64,000 bases of DNA from Chloroflexota bacterium (GCA_964291655.2 OZ219802.1:160001-224000); one strand, 5' to 3'. Positions 1 to 10,119 are shown, counted from the stretch's first letter. The notes: generated from the sequence alone by a model not told the origin. A program made the numbers and translations.

Positions 1-1087
1 CATTCTCACCCCCGACCCCACCCGGTGGATTGAGTGGACGGACAAAGGGTTTGTGCGGGAAGTCACCGACCTCTACAAGCGCGACCAGAGTCAACTCGGA
101 GACACCGTAGCGCTTGATTGGATCATTGACCCGCAGGGGCGCTTCTGGTCCATGCCCTATACGGCGCTCGGCACCATCCATATCTACAATACCTCCATCT
201 TCGACAAGTATGGAATCAGCGGGCCGCCAAGGCAATGGAATCCCTCCGGCGGCGGCGAGTATCTGGACGTCGCTCGGGAGATAACGAGTAGGTCCAGCAG
301 CGAACCAGACCCGATTTGGGGGATTTACACAGGCGCTGACTACACGACCGAAATGAGTACCTACATCGTTCAGAACGGCGCCAATTTCCTCTCCGACGAC
401 CTGACGCGGGCCACCATGCACGAGCCTGAGTTCATCGAGGCCATACAGTTCATGTATGACCTGGAGTTCAAGTACCGTGTGGCCCCGACCGCTGAAGCGA
501 AGGCTGCGTTCCAAGAGACCTTGGGCGAGGGCCGGCACCGCGACGCGCTGTTCGTGCACGGGCGCGCGGCGATGAACAATACCTGGTTCAACGCCGAGAG
601 CGGGTGGACCCACCCGGACGTGGATAACTTGCCCATGAAGGCGGTGCCCATGCTGGAGAACAGCAAGGGAGGGCCAACTTCCGATAAGGTTGCCGGTTGG
701 ACGGCGGTCCAGTACATGTGGTCCGGCGCTAAGCACCCGGATGCAGTGTGGGAGTTCATGAAGTTCGCCATGTCGGACATCGAGTTCGGTGTGGCGGTGA
801 CGACGCTGCTCAACTACGGTCTGTCGGCGAATGCAAATGCGTGGGACGATCCCCGTCTGGTGGCGACTAAGACCCGTCCGCCCCGCGAGATAGACTCCAT
901 TGCCACGCCGCTCCGTGAAGGCCGCGGCTTTATCACCCAAATCTTCCCCGGTTGGCGGGAACACCTGGGCTTCTTCAATGAACAGAAAAGTCTGGTGTGG
1001 AAGCAGGAGCTCACCGTTGAGGAAGCCATGCAGAACGCCAGCAAACACACGCAGGCGGTGATTGACGAGTATTGGGCCAATAAGTAG
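1..1087 (+). CDS. ABC sugar-type extracellular solute-binding protein, 5'-truncated by window edge
   Basis: Frame is open from base 2 (ILTPDPTRWIEW...). Colinear paralog of the next ORF (YNTxIxDK, SGxKHPDAxWExMKF). Confidence 0.85.
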   Translation, partial: ILTPDPTRWIEWTDKGFVREVTDLYKRDQSQLGDTVALDWIIDPQGRFWSMPYTALGTIHIYNTSIFDKYGISGPPRQWNPSGGGEYLDVAREITSRSSSEPDPIWGIYTGADYTTEMSTYIVQNGANFLSDDLTRATMHEPEFIEAIQFMYDLEFKYRVAPTAEAKAAFQETLGEGRHRDALFVHGRAAMNNTWFNAESGWTHPDVDNLPMKAVPMLENSKGGPTSDKVAGWTAVQYMWSGAKHPDAVWEFMKFAMSDIEFGVAVTTLLNYGLSANANAWDDPRLVATKTRPPREIDSIATPLREGRGFITQIFPGWREHLGFFNEQKSLVWKQELTVEEAMQNASKHTQAVIDEYWANK

Positions 1088-1291
1088 TAGAGAATTGTCA
1101 AGAGGACGATTGGCATCAGCCTTCGCTTGTATTACAATGCAATCGGGGATGTCAATCGTCTGCCTTGGACGGCGGACGCTGGCTTGAGAGGAGGTAAGAG
1201 GAGCCGTGAGGTAATTTACGCCCATAGTTGTCGAGGGTTGCGCTATGGGCACACGAATATTGTATTGATTAGAGGACGGAGGCAGCAGAAA

Positions 1292-2728
1292 ATGACTGAA
1301 CAACGAACTCTAATGACGCGTCGAGGGCTCTTGGCAACGACAGGGGGCATGGGCTCCCTGGCAGTACTGGCCGCCTGCGGTCAGGTGCAGGCGCCGGCGG
1401 CGATGCCTGAAGCAAGCGACGATGCGCCGCAGTCCGACGACATGCCCCAGATGGAAGAGGCAACCGTCAACGTTAACTGGGTCGTGAACATCGCCGAGAA
1501 CGCCGGGGCTTTCGAGGACCTCGTGCTCGGCCCGTTCAAGGAACTGCACCCCAACATCACGGTCAATTGGCAGTCCTTGGGCTACCGGAACCTCATGGAA
1601 AAGCAGGTTGTAGAACTTGCTGCCGGATCGTCTCCGGACATCCTGGGTCCAGAACCTACCCGCTACCCTCAGTATCGGGACGCAGGTTACGTGACAGACC
1701 TCACACCCTTTGTCCAGCGCGATGCGGCAGTGCTCGCAGACGTAGTAGGTATCGACTGGCTGCAGGATCCGGAAGGCAAACTGTGGACGTTCCCGTACGG
1801 CGTGCTGGCAACCATTCAGATCTACAACACGGCCATTCTCGATAAGTTCGGCATCAACGAACCGCCGAAAACCTGGAATCCAAGCGATGGCGGCGAGCTG
1901 CTGGAGACGGCGCAGGAAATCACGCAGCGCTCCAGCGCCGATCAGGAGCCGATCTGGGGATTCTGGAGCCGCAACGACTCCACGACCGAAGTGCCAACGA
2001 TGCTGATCCAGAACGGCACAAACTTCGTGACCGACGACTATGCCCGCTTCCGGCTGCACGAACCTGAATTCATCGATGTCATTCAGTTTCTCTATGACCT
2101 CGAGTTCAAGTACCGCGTGAAGCCGACCTCGGATGACATTGGTGCTCTCAATGAGACCATTCCGGAAGGGCAGCGGCGTGATTCACCGTTTACCCAGCAG
2201 CGGGCGGCGGTGTACCATACCTGGTTCAATGCCGAGTCTGCCTGGAACGTGCCGGGCGTTGAGGAACTGCCGGTCAAGGCGCGGCGCTTCCCGGCCCACA
2301 CCGTGCAGAGCGAAAACTCGAACGCCGTGGGCAGCTACACGCCGGTGCAGTACATGTGGTCCGGCACCAAGCATCCGGACGCCACCTGGGAACTGATGAA
2401 GTTCCTCAGCACCGATCTTGAGGTGCAGGTAGGCGTCACCACACTGCTGAACTACGGCATGCCCGTGGTCAGAGCGGCGTGGGATGACCCGCGCCTGGCG
2501 GAACAGAAGGCGCGTCCGCCGCGCGAATTGACCCCGATTACGGAGCCGATTGGCGAGGGCAACGGCTTCATGACACAGCTCTACCCCAACTATGGGGAGA
2601 TCCGTGGTGTCTACTTGGACCACATGCGCATGGTGTGGAATCAGGAGATGACTGTCGCGGACGCCATGCAGAGCGCCGGCAAGATCATGCAAGCCATGAT
2701 CGACGAGTATTACGCCAATAAGAGTTGA
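1292..2728 (+). CDS. ABC sugar-type solute-binding lipoprotein with Tat signal
   Basis: ATG at 1292 after GGAGG; MTRRGLL twin-Arg motif and LAAC lipobox; SBP_bac_1-like motifs. Confidence 0.85.
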   Translation: MTEQRTLMTRRGLLATTGGMGSLAVLAACGQVQAPAAMPEASDDAPQSDDMPQMEEATVNVNWVVNIAENAGAFEDLVLGPFKELHPNITVNWQSLGYRNLMEKQVVELAAGSSPDILGPEPTRYPQYRDAGYVTDLTPFVQRDAAVLADVVGIDWLQDPEGKLWTFPYGVLATIQIYNTAILDKFGINEPPKTWNPSDGGELLETAQEITQRSSADQEPIWGFWSRNDSTTEVPTMLIQNGTNFVTDDYARFRLHEPEFIDVIQFLYDLEFKYRVKPTSDDIGALNETIPEGQRRDSPFTQQRAAVYHTWFNAESAWNVPGVEELPVKARRFPAHTVQSENSNAVGSYTPVQYMWSGTKHPDATWELMKFLSTDLEVQVGVTTLLNYGMPVVRAAWDDPRLAEQKARPPRELTPITEPIGEGNGFMTQLYPNYGEIRGVYLDHMRMVWNQEMTVADAMQSAGKIMQAMIDEYYANKS

Positions 2729-2760
2729 GCATACCTTCTTTTCGTGTAGTCTTGGTCAGA

Positions 2761-2792
2761 CATTCGCCCCCTCCAAAACGAGGGGGCGAATG
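2761..2792 (+). terminator. Stem-loop terminator after the SBP
   Basis: Perfect 13-bp inverted repeat CATTCGCCCCCTC-caaaac-GAGGGGGCGAATG; weak U-tract. Confidence 0.65.
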
Positions 2793-2840
2793 CTCATTGC
2801 AGCGACAAACGGGCACTTGCAGTTTTCCCAATTCAATTGG

Positions 2841-2929
2841 GCTTCCTCACCTTATGTCACTTGCGCTTCCTCACTTGATGTCATTCGCGCTTCCTCACTT
2901 AATGTCATTTCGAGCGTAGCGAGAAATCT
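2841..2929. repeat. 3 x 24-bp tandem repeat running into a REP-like palindrome
   Basis: Units GCTTCCTCACCTTATGTCACTTGC / GCTTCCTCACTTGATGTCATTCGC / GCTTCCTCACTTAATGTCATTTCG; the third continues as TGTCATTTCGAGCGTAGCGAGAAATCT (2903-2929). Confidence 0.85.
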
Positions 2930-2964
2930 AGAGTCAGACCACAAGCAATCCAAGGAGCAGTTCA

Positions 2965-3360
2965 ATGAAAAGAGAAACAGTTCTCGGCGCGGGCGTGTGC
3001 CCGCCCTTCAGCAACTTTTCCCAGGGCCTCATGATCGATGGCATAAGGCGCGTCCTCTTCATCGCCGGACAGTTTCCGCTCGACGAAAACGGAGAACTCG
3101 TAGGCAAGGGTGACATCGAGGCGCAGGCGCGCAAGGTCTATGCCAACATCGAGGCGCTGTGCGAAGCGGCGGGCGGCTCACTAGCCAACGTGGCGCACCT
3201 CAACATGTACGTAACCGACATCCGCTTCCGCGCCGTCGTCACCGGTATCCGCAATGAGATCTTCGAGCCCCCATATCCCACTGCCACCATGGTGCAGATC
3301 GGCTCGCTCTCAGGTGAGGACTGGTTGGTGGAGATAGACGCAATCGCGGTGTTTGACTAG
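2965..3360 (+). CDS. RidA/YjgF family protein
   Basis: 131 aa; IAGQ, DIEAQAR, YPTATMVQI, LVEIDAIA motifs; AAGGAG RBS. Confidence 0.9.
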   Translation: MKRETVLGAGVCPPFSNFSQGLMIDGIRRVLFIAGQFPLDENGELVGKGDIEAQARKVYANIEALCEAAGGSLANVAHLNMYVTDIRFRAVVTGIRNEIFEPPYPTATMVQIGSLSGEDWLVEIDAIAVFD

Positions 3361-3729
3361 AAGATTGCGTTCTGCCTACCGAACTCAATTGAGAAGAGGC
3401 AATGCTTCGAGGAATGCCATGCGTTGCAAGGACTCATGCTCTGCGCGGAAGTGCTCTTCGAAATCTGACGCGCGATTGCATACCCGCCGGCCTCGGAGCC
3501 GAACCGATTCTCTCAGTTTTCAGTAATTCACTACTCGAACGATTAGTGAATTATCCCGAGTTCCCCCAATTTTACAGCCCAATTAAAGGGCTTGGCTTTG
3601 GACTGTCACGGGGAGAACTGTGCCTTAAGCTAGCCACACGCGCAGATGCGGTAGTCCAGGAAGTTCTATAGCGCGTAGTCTTTACTTTACAAAATCAATT
3701 GTCGGGTAAGACACTTCTTTTTCATGAGG

Positions 3730-3738
3730 TGCTATAAT
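3730..3738 (+). promoter_or_regulatory. Extended -10 promoter element
   Basis: TGcTATAAT, a perfect extended -10, in an AT-rich intergenic stretch. Confidence 0.55.
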
Positions 3739-3744
3739 AGGTTG

Positions 3745-3864
3745 GAAAGTGAGGAATCCACGTAGCCTCAATGATGAGGAATGTCAACATGACGTGGCAG
3801 GTTCGGAATACCTTGCTTTCAATTACGAGCAGCCAGAGAGACCGCACCGCTGGTGATCCCAGCG
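3745..3864 (+). ncRNA. Candidate structured small RNA or leader
   Basis: GAAAGTGAGG (3745-3754) pairs with CCTTGCTTTC (3811-3820) and encloses the CCACGT/ACGTGG and CCTCA/TGAGG stems; it starts 7 nt after TATAAT. Confidence 0.35.
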
Positions 3865-4267
3865 TACCCCCAAGTCCGCTTGCAGCATTGCTTGCGCTGC
3901 AGTTCACCACGTGTCGGTTGATCTCTACGAATGACGCACCTGCGGATTCCCTGGTAAGAGACCAACTTTTCGATAAATTGGGCGCCGGTGGCCTTCTCTT
4001 GCCAACTTCCCCAAGAACCCCCTTTTCGGTACCTATCAGCTCCAGATTACTTGGAATTTCTGCACAGAAACTGATAGGTGGAAGACTCTCAGCACAGTCC
4101 TGCAGCGAAACACCTCACAATGCTCGGTACAACGCACTTGAATCAAATGTGAAGTCGATACGATGCATGCCGTCGGGCAAAGTCATACAGTTGCGGAGTC
4201 ATTCAACTTAGTTGTGCGTAGGTTGCCATGGACATAGAAGACCTAGAATCCACTTTGGAGTCCTAGC

Positions 4268-6091
4268 ATGCCGATGCAATCGCGTTACGCATGGAAAGCT
4301 AGTTCTCGCAGTATTTCCCGGCGGCTGGTCCTGAAAGTCGCTGCTGTACCCGTTGTGGGCATGGCAACCGGGTCGGCCTATGGCGTGATTCGCTCTCAAT
4401 TAGGCAGATACGCGTTGCCTGGGACATTCATCGGTTCTGTAGACATTTCCGGAATGTCGGTCGATGAGGCAAGCGCGCAAGTCGAGGCTCAGTGGCAAGG
4501 CTATCTGCGCAACCCAGTGGTTTTCGGCCATGAAGAAGCCACTTGGGCGCCCTCAGCAACGGAAATTGGACTCATCGTGCAGATCAAGAAGGCAATTCGC
4601 ACCGCATTCGCATTAGAACGGCGGCGCATGTGGCTGTGGTTCTTGGGATTGAGCTCACGCAACCAGGTAGATCTGCCAATCTTCTTGGATTCTACGGTAG
4701 CCTTAGGATTCCTGGGTGCGGTTGCAAGTCATATAGACCGACCGCCCATCAACTCTCTGCTGGAACGCCAGGCCGATCGTGTCCGTGTTGTCCCCGGCGC
4801 CGAAGGCAAGCGGCTAGACCGTGAAGCTACGCTTGGCTTGATGAAGCTGCCCACAGACCCACCGCAGCTCCAGGTAATAGAATTGCCTGTCGTATCACTA
4901 ACGCCACCGATCACCTTACAAATGGCAGAAAGAACAAAGTCAGTCTTTGAAAAGCTCGTTACCCAAGGTTTGCGATTTGAGCTTGATGGAGATGGTTGGG
5001 AAGTGCCGGGGAGCATGCTAAAGTCCTGGATACAAATCTATCAAGACCCGGAGCAGGGCCGTTTGGCGATCATGGGTGAGCAGGAGATGCTACAGAACTG
5101 GTTAGCCCGAGTTGCCGTCGAGGCTACTCGGCCTCCATTGAACGCCCGATTTACCGTCCGGGAGAAGCGTGTGCACCTGGACGTGCCTGCCAAGCAAGGC
5201 TATCAGACCGACTCAGATGTCCTCATTGCCACAGCACAGGCCGCCATCGAGCAAGGCGTAACGGCCCTCTATCTCCCCGCTGAGGTACGAGAACCGGTCT
5301 ATACCGCGGACAACATGCATAATTGGGGCTTCGAGGAAGTCATTGCTGAGGGCACCTCATTGTTCGCCGGTTCGCCGCCTGAGCGCGCCCACAACATTGC
5401 CTTGGCAGCGTCGAAGCTTCATGGCTATGTGATCCCACCTGGAGAGACGTTCTCCTTCCTGAGCGTACTCGGGCCGATCACGCGTGGGGGCGGCTACCAG
5501 TCCAGCCTGATAATTTTTGGCGATCAGACAGTTCCGGGTGTCGGCGGGGGGGTGTGTCAGGTATCCACAACCATGTTCCGGGCGGCATTCTGGGCCGGAC
5601 TGCCAATCACGGAACGCAATCAACACTCTTACAGAGTTGGATACTATGAGCGAGACGGGAGCCCGCCGGGCTTCGATGCCGCAGTCTATGACCCGGGTGT
5701 CGATCTCAAGTTTGTCAACGATTCGGAACACCCCATCCTCATCCAAACGCATGTTGACAAAGAAGCCATGGAGCTCAAGTTTGTTTTCCATGGTCGCAGT
5801 CCTGATCGGTGGGTGCGCATGCTTCCCGCTGTCGCCAAGAACTGGGTGAAACACGGTCCACCCCTGCCGGACAAAGTAGACCCTGATCTCCCGCTGGGCG
5901 AACGCTTGCAGGTGGAATGGGCGGTGGACGGCGTAGATGCCGAGATACATCGAGAAATTGTGGTAGCCGGAGATTCCCAGTACGATCAATTTCGCAGCCG
6001 CTACCGGCCGTGGCGGGAGCGCTGGCTCGTTGGCACGAAGATTGTGCCGCCGGGGGAACAACCGGATTCTGCTCCACAACTGCCGGGATAA
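4268..6091 (+). CDS. VanW family protein with PG-binding_4 (YoaR-like) domains
   Basis: N-terminal anchor, DISGMS motif; RAHNI, GETFSF, GGGVCQVSTT, ERNQHSY and DLKFVND are VanW motifs. Confidence 0.9.
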   Translation: MPMQSRYAWKASSRSISRRLVLKVAAVPVVGMATGSAYGVIRSQLGRYALPGTFIGSVDISGMSVDEASAQVEAQWQGYLRNPVVFGHEEATWAPSATEIGLIVQIKKAIRTAFALERRRMWLWFLGLSSRNQVDLPIFLDSTVALGFLGAVASHIDRPPINSLLERQADRVRVVPGAEGKRLDREATLGLMKLPTDPPQLQVIELPVVSLTPPITLQMAERTKSVFEKLVTQGLRFELDGDGWEVPGSMLKSWIQIYQDPEQGRLAIMGEQEMLQNWLARVAVEATRPPLNARFTVREKRVHLDVPAKQGYQTDSDVLIATAQAAIEQGVTALYLPAEVREPVYTADNMHNWGFEEVIAEGTSLFAGSPPERAHNIALAASKLHGYVIPPGETFSFLSVLGPITRGGGYQSSLIIFGDQTVPGVGGGVCQVSTTMFRAAFWAGLPITERNQHSYRVGYYERDGSPPGFDAAVYDPGVDLKFVNDSEHPILIQTHVDKEAMELKFVFHGRSPDRWVRMLPAVAKNWVKHGPPLPDKVDPDLPLGERLQVEWAVDGVDAEIHREIVVAGDSQYDQFRSRYRPWRERWLVGTKIVPPGEQPDSAPQLPG

Positions 6092-6626
6092 GCAAATAGC
6101 CTCACCGCACCTGCGCCTGGATGTGCCACTCGATCCCCGCAGCCATTCACTGAACCAATGGTGAGTAGGTGCGGGATTTTCCATTCGCCGCACCACAACG
6201 GCTGTCTACGAGGTTAGCCCTTTCCGTCCACTCTGGGCTCAGCCAACTCTTCCTTGCAAAGTGCGACACTCAGTTGCATTACGACTCTTCTAGGCGTAGA
6301 TGGCCAGTATGAATTCTGCAATAACCTTCACGGCTCTTCGCACGCCAAGTCGTTGACGTGGGGAGTTTGACGACTCTCCACGACTGGACTTGTAGTAACA
6401 GCTGCCGCATTGCCCGTGTGTACGAGCTTACAAAGTGGGCCTTGTATGGGCAAAGTCTTGGGCGCCAAGGTCCCTCATTCATGTACAATCTCGTCGCAGC
6501 AAGAGTGAATGTGGTCGTCATTTGATTCTGACCGAATTGGCAGCACGCCTCATTCAAACAGTTGACGGATTAGTCGGGAGAATATTCGCCCAGGCGCGGC
6601 GTTAATTGGTTGCGTGTGCCAGAAGC

Positions 6627-6644
6627 TTGTGATATGTTTCACGT
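6627..6644. promoter_or_regulatory. Rex operator (ROP)
   Basis: TTGTGATATGTTTCACGT vs consensus TTGTGAA-N4-TTCACAA, 30 bp upstream of rex. Confidence 0.7.
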
Positions 6645-6673
6645 GGCAAAAGCTTCTGATATGAGGAGCGCCA

Positions 6674-7351
6674 ATGTCTGGGTCGCCGAGGGGAAAAGCG
6701 CCGCAAATGGCGATTAGACGCCTCTCTATGTACTATCGTACATTGGCCGCGCTACGGGAACAGGAAGTTGAGAGCATATCCTCTGAACACCTCTCCAATC
6801 TGACTGGCTCCACTGCCGCCCAGGTCCGCCGCGATCTCGCTTACTTTGGAAACTTTGGGAGGCGCGGGGTCGGGTACGACGTACAATCGCTGCTCGTGCA
6901 CATGCAGGAAATCTTGGGAATTGGCGAAGGATGGCCCATGGCGCTCGTCGGTGTCGGCAATCTGGGCTCCGCCCTGCTGGCGTATGATGGGTTTCCACGC
7001 CAGGGCTTTCGCATTGTAGAGGCCTTCGACTCTGATCCCCGCCGGGTCGGCACTGTGATCCGCGACGTGGTCGTAAAGCCGATGGACGAGATCCGGGAGA
7101 CCGTTCAGGCGCGCAAGATCGTCATGGCGCTTTTAGCCGTGCCGGCAAAAGCCGCACAGGCAGTAACCCAACAGCTCGTCGATGCCGGCGTGCGCTGCGT
7201 GCTCAATTTCGCCCCAATCTCGCTTAAGGTGCCTCCCGACGTTTACTTGGCCAGTGTAGACCTTTCAATCGAAGTAGAGTATCTCTCATACCTGCTGAGG
7301 GAAAGTGTGGCGGAAGACCAAGCATCGGGCAGCACATGTTCAGACGATTAG
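6674..7351 (+). CDS. rex: Redox-sensing transcriptional repressor Rex
   Basis: RRLSMYYR, QVRRDLAYFG, GRRGVGY, VGVGNLGSAL, LNFAP motifs. Confidence 0.97.
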   Translation: MSGSPRGKAPQMAIRRLSMYYRTLAALREQEVESISSEHLSNLTGSTAAQVRRDLAYFGNFGRRGVGYDVQSLLVHMQEILGIGEGWPMALVGVGNLGSALLAYDGFPRQGFRIVEAFDSDPRRVGTVIRDVVVKPMDEIRETVQARKIVMALLAVPAKAAQAVTQQLVDAGVRCVLNFAPISLKVPPDVYLASVDLSIEVEYLSYLLRESVAEDQASGSTCSDD

Positions 7352-7466
7352 ACCGCGCAACCGGACTTGAGGCGCGCTGGAGTACGGTTGTAAATGGTGA
7401 ACGATTCGTCCATTATAAGACCGGAGTGCGCTGGCAACAGTCATAGAGTAGGGTAGGGCGTTAGGC

Positions 7467-7844
7467 ATGGAGTATTACGTTGGATACATCCCGTTCTTGG
7501 TGCTCTTCGTCGCTGCGTCTGCATTCGGCATCATCGCGCTGGCTCTTGCTTCCGTACTACGACCGAAATTCAAGCCGGGACCACTGCGCACAATCCCTTA
7601 CGAATCCGGGATTGGCCCCAGTGGCTTGGTGGGCGATACGCGCGGTCGTCACGGCGTGCACTTCTACTTGGTGGCGATTGTGTACGTCGTCTTCGACCTG
7701 GAGCTTGCGTTTCTCTTCCCATGGGCCGTTATCTTGGCATCGCTCGGCCTGTTTGGTCTGATTGAAATGGCGATATTCATTGCTATCTTGCTCGTGGGCT
7801 ACGTTTACGCATGGAAGAAAGGAGCGTTCGATTGGGGGTTGTAG
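7467..7844 (+). CDS. nuoA: NADH-quinone oxidoreductase subunit A
   Basis: [25 protein letters not shown]. Confidence 0.96.
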   Translation: MEYYVGYIPFLVLFVAASAFGIIALALASVLRPKFKPGPLRTIPYESGIGPSGLVGDTRGRHGVHFYLVAIVYVVFDLELAFLFPWAVILASLGLFGLIEMAIFIAILLVGYVYAWKKGAFDWGL

Positions 7845-8392
7845 AAGATACACTTACCCTGCCGACTGCGCAGACCGCTGGGCAGAAAACCGGCGCTTCC
7901 GGCTTTGTACTCGCTTCCGCTGATCAAGTCTTGAACTGGGGACGGGCAAATGCGTTGTGGCCAATGACGTTTGGCCTGGCGTGCTGCGCAATTGAGATGA
8001 TGGCGCTGTTTGCCTCACACTATGATATGGACCGCTTCGGCATGGCACCGCGGGCAACGCCGAGACAGTCCGATGTGATGATTGTGGCAGGCACGGTGAC
8101 CAAGAAGATGGCGCCCATCATTCGCAACCTTTGGGAACAAATGGCGCGGCCGTGTTGGGTGATTGCCCATGGCAATTGCGCGACGTGTGGAGGTCCGTAC
8201 CGCTCCTATAGTGTGCTCCAAGGCGTAGACCTTGCGGTTCCTGTTGACATCTACGTGCCCGGTTGTCCGCCGCGGCCGGAGGCGCTGCTTGAAGGACTGA
8301 TGTTATTGCAGCAAAAGATCAAGCAAGGCGAATGGGCAGGCTCTGAGGAAGCCCTGCTCACCGCCCGTGCCGCTGCGGCGGCCAAGGAGTGA
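7832..8392 (+). CDS. nuoB: NADH-quinone oxidoreductase subunit B
   Basis: [23 protein letters not shown]; likely TTG start at 7832 (AGGAG 7 nt upstream), alternative ATG at 7811. Confidence 0.96.
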   Translation: MGVVEDTLTLPTAQTAGQKTGASGFVLASADQVLNWGRANALWPMTFGLACCAIEMMALFASHYDMDRFGMAPRATPRQSDVMIVAGTVTKKMAPIIRNLWEQMARPCWVIAHGNCATCGGPYRSYSVLQGVDLAVPVDIYVPGCPPRPEALLEGLMLLQQKIKQGEWAGSEEALLTARAAAAAKE

Positions 8393-8874
8393 GTGGAGTC
8401 GTGAGCATTCCGCCGCCGGTTGCCGCGGATACTATTCAGGAACGTGTGCAAGCGGTCCTGGACGATAAGGTCATTGCTGCAAATACCCAACGCAATTTTC
8501 TGACGATAGAGATTGCGGCGGCGGACCTTCTGGCGGTCGCAACGGTATTGCGGGATGACCTGGAGCTTCGCTTCAATTACTTTGGTGACGTGACGGCGGT
8601 ACACTGGCCGGGCGAGACGCAGGAATATGAAGTCGTCTACCACCTGCGCTCGATTCCGGATAATCGCAGCATTCGCGTCAAGACGCGCATTGCCGCGAGC
8701 GAGTCGATAGAATCTATGGCACAGGTCTGGCCCGGCGCCGACTGGCCGGAGCGTGAAGTCTACGATCTAATGGGCATAAAGTTCGAAAACCATCCGGATC
8801 TCCGGCGCATCCTAATGGATGAAGACTACGAATATCACCCACTGCGCAAAGACTTCCCCCGGGAAGGTCTCTGA
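8389..8874 (+). CDS. nuoC: NADH-quinone oxidoreductase subunit C
   Basis: [32 protein letters not shown]. Confidence 0.96.
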   Translation: MSGVVSIPPPVAADTIQERVQAVLDDKVIAANTQRNFLTIEIAAADLLAVATVLRDDLELRFNYFGDVTAVHWPGETQEYEVVYHLRSIPDNRSIRVKTRIAASESIESMAQVWPGADWPEREVYDLMGIKFENHPDLRRILMDEDYEYHPLRKDFPREGL

Positions 8875-8913
8875 TTGATAGGGCGGCTCCGTAAGGAGTA
8901 GTGAGAGCGTCAG

Positions 8914-10119
8914 ATGGCGACTGTCGAAGTTGAACGCATCGCAGGTGAAGGCGATTCAGGACTGATCCTGAATATGGGGCCGCAGCATCCCAGTACGCAT
9001 GGTGTGCTGCGCGTCATCTTGAAGATGGATGGTGAATACATCGAGGAAGCCGTACCCATCATCGGCTACCTGCATCGCGGCACTGAGAAGATTGCCGAGA
9101 GTGAAACGTATACGCAAATTCTCGGCTACACGGACCGCATGGATTACACCGCAGCGGCGTCCAGTAACCTTGGCTGGTTGGTGGCCGTAGAAACGCTTGC
9201 AGGAATAGAAGTGCCGGAACGCGCGCAATGGCTGCGCTGCATTGTTGGTGAGTTGGGACGTCTGGCAGGACATCTGGTCTGGATCGGCACCCACGCGCTG
9301 GATATCGGCGCCATGTCGGTCTTCCTCTATGCCTTCCGTGCCCGTGAACGCGTGCTCGAACTCTTCGAAGAGCTTTGCGGTGCGCGGATGACCCACAGCG
9401 TCATGCGGCCCGGCGGCTTCCTGGAAGAGCCGAGCGAGACCTTCTACGAAAAGCTTGAGAGTTCACTGGACTACTTCATTAAGGAAATCAATCAATTCGA
9501 CAAACTGCTCAGCAAGAATGAGCTCTGGCTGGGACGTACTGTGGACGTGGGCGTCATTTCCGCCGATGACGCGATTGCGATGGGTCTTTCCGGCGCTTGC
9601 TTGCGCGGCTCGGGGGTGGAGTGGGACATCCGCAAAGCGGAACCCTATGCCGCTTACGATAAGGTGGAGTTTGACGTCCCAATCGGAACCGGCAAAGGCG
9701 ATGTCTATAGCCGCTATCTGCTGCGCCTTGAGGAAATGCGCCAGAGTGTGCGCATTTTGCGGCAAGTAATCGAACACTTGCCACCGGGCCCGGTCATGAC
9801 GGATGACGCGCGCGTCGCCCGACCCGACACGCCCCGCCTCTATACCGATATGGAAGCAATGATCAATCACTTCTGGATGTACATCCACGGCTTCCCGGTG
9901 CCACGCGGTGAGACGTACGCAGCTATCGAGGCGCCAAAGGGCGAACTGGCTTTCTATGTTGTCAGCGACGGCAGCGGCAAACCGTACCGTATGCACGTGC
10001 GCTCGCCGTCTTTTGTAAATCTGCAGTCGCTGCCGTATCTGGTTAAGGGACGGCTGCTGGCAGACGTGGTTGCGGTAATTGGAAGCATTGACATTGTGCT
10101 TGGAGAGATTGATCGTTAG
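8914..10119 (+). CDS. nuoD: NADH-quinone oxidoreductase subunit D
   Basis: NMGPQHPSTHGVLR, GYLHRGTEK, C-terminal GEIDR. Confidence 0.97.
   Translation: MATVEVERIAGEGDSGLILNMGPQHPSTHGVLRVILKMDGEYIEEAVPIIGYLHRGTEKIAESETYTQILGYTDRMDYTAAASSNLGWLVAVETLAGIEVPERAQWLRCIVGELGRLAGHLVWIGTHALDIGAMSVFLYAFRARERVLELFEELCGARMTHSVMRPGGFLEEPSETFYEKLESSLDYFIKEINQFDKLLSKNELWLGRTVDVGVISADDAIAMGLSGACLRGSGVEWDIRKAEPYAAYDKVEFDVPIGTGKGDVYSRYLLRLEEMRQSVRILRQVIEHLPPGPVMTDDARVARPDTPRLYTDMEAMINHFWMYIHGFPVPRGETYAAIEAPKGELAFYVVSDGSGKPYRMHVRSPSFVNLQSLPYLVKGRLLADVVAVIGSIDIVLGEIDR

Noticed and set aside
2841-2912. CRISPR array
   Set aside because: Repeats are contiguous 24-mers without spacers, and no cas genes are present.
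6200-6244. c-di-AMP (ydaO) riboswitch-like words on the minus strand (GCTGAGCCC..GGACGGAAAG, GCTAACCTCGTAGAC)
   Set aside because: The central part of the aptamer is missing, and it points into the 3' end of vanW rather than a gene start; at best a remnant.
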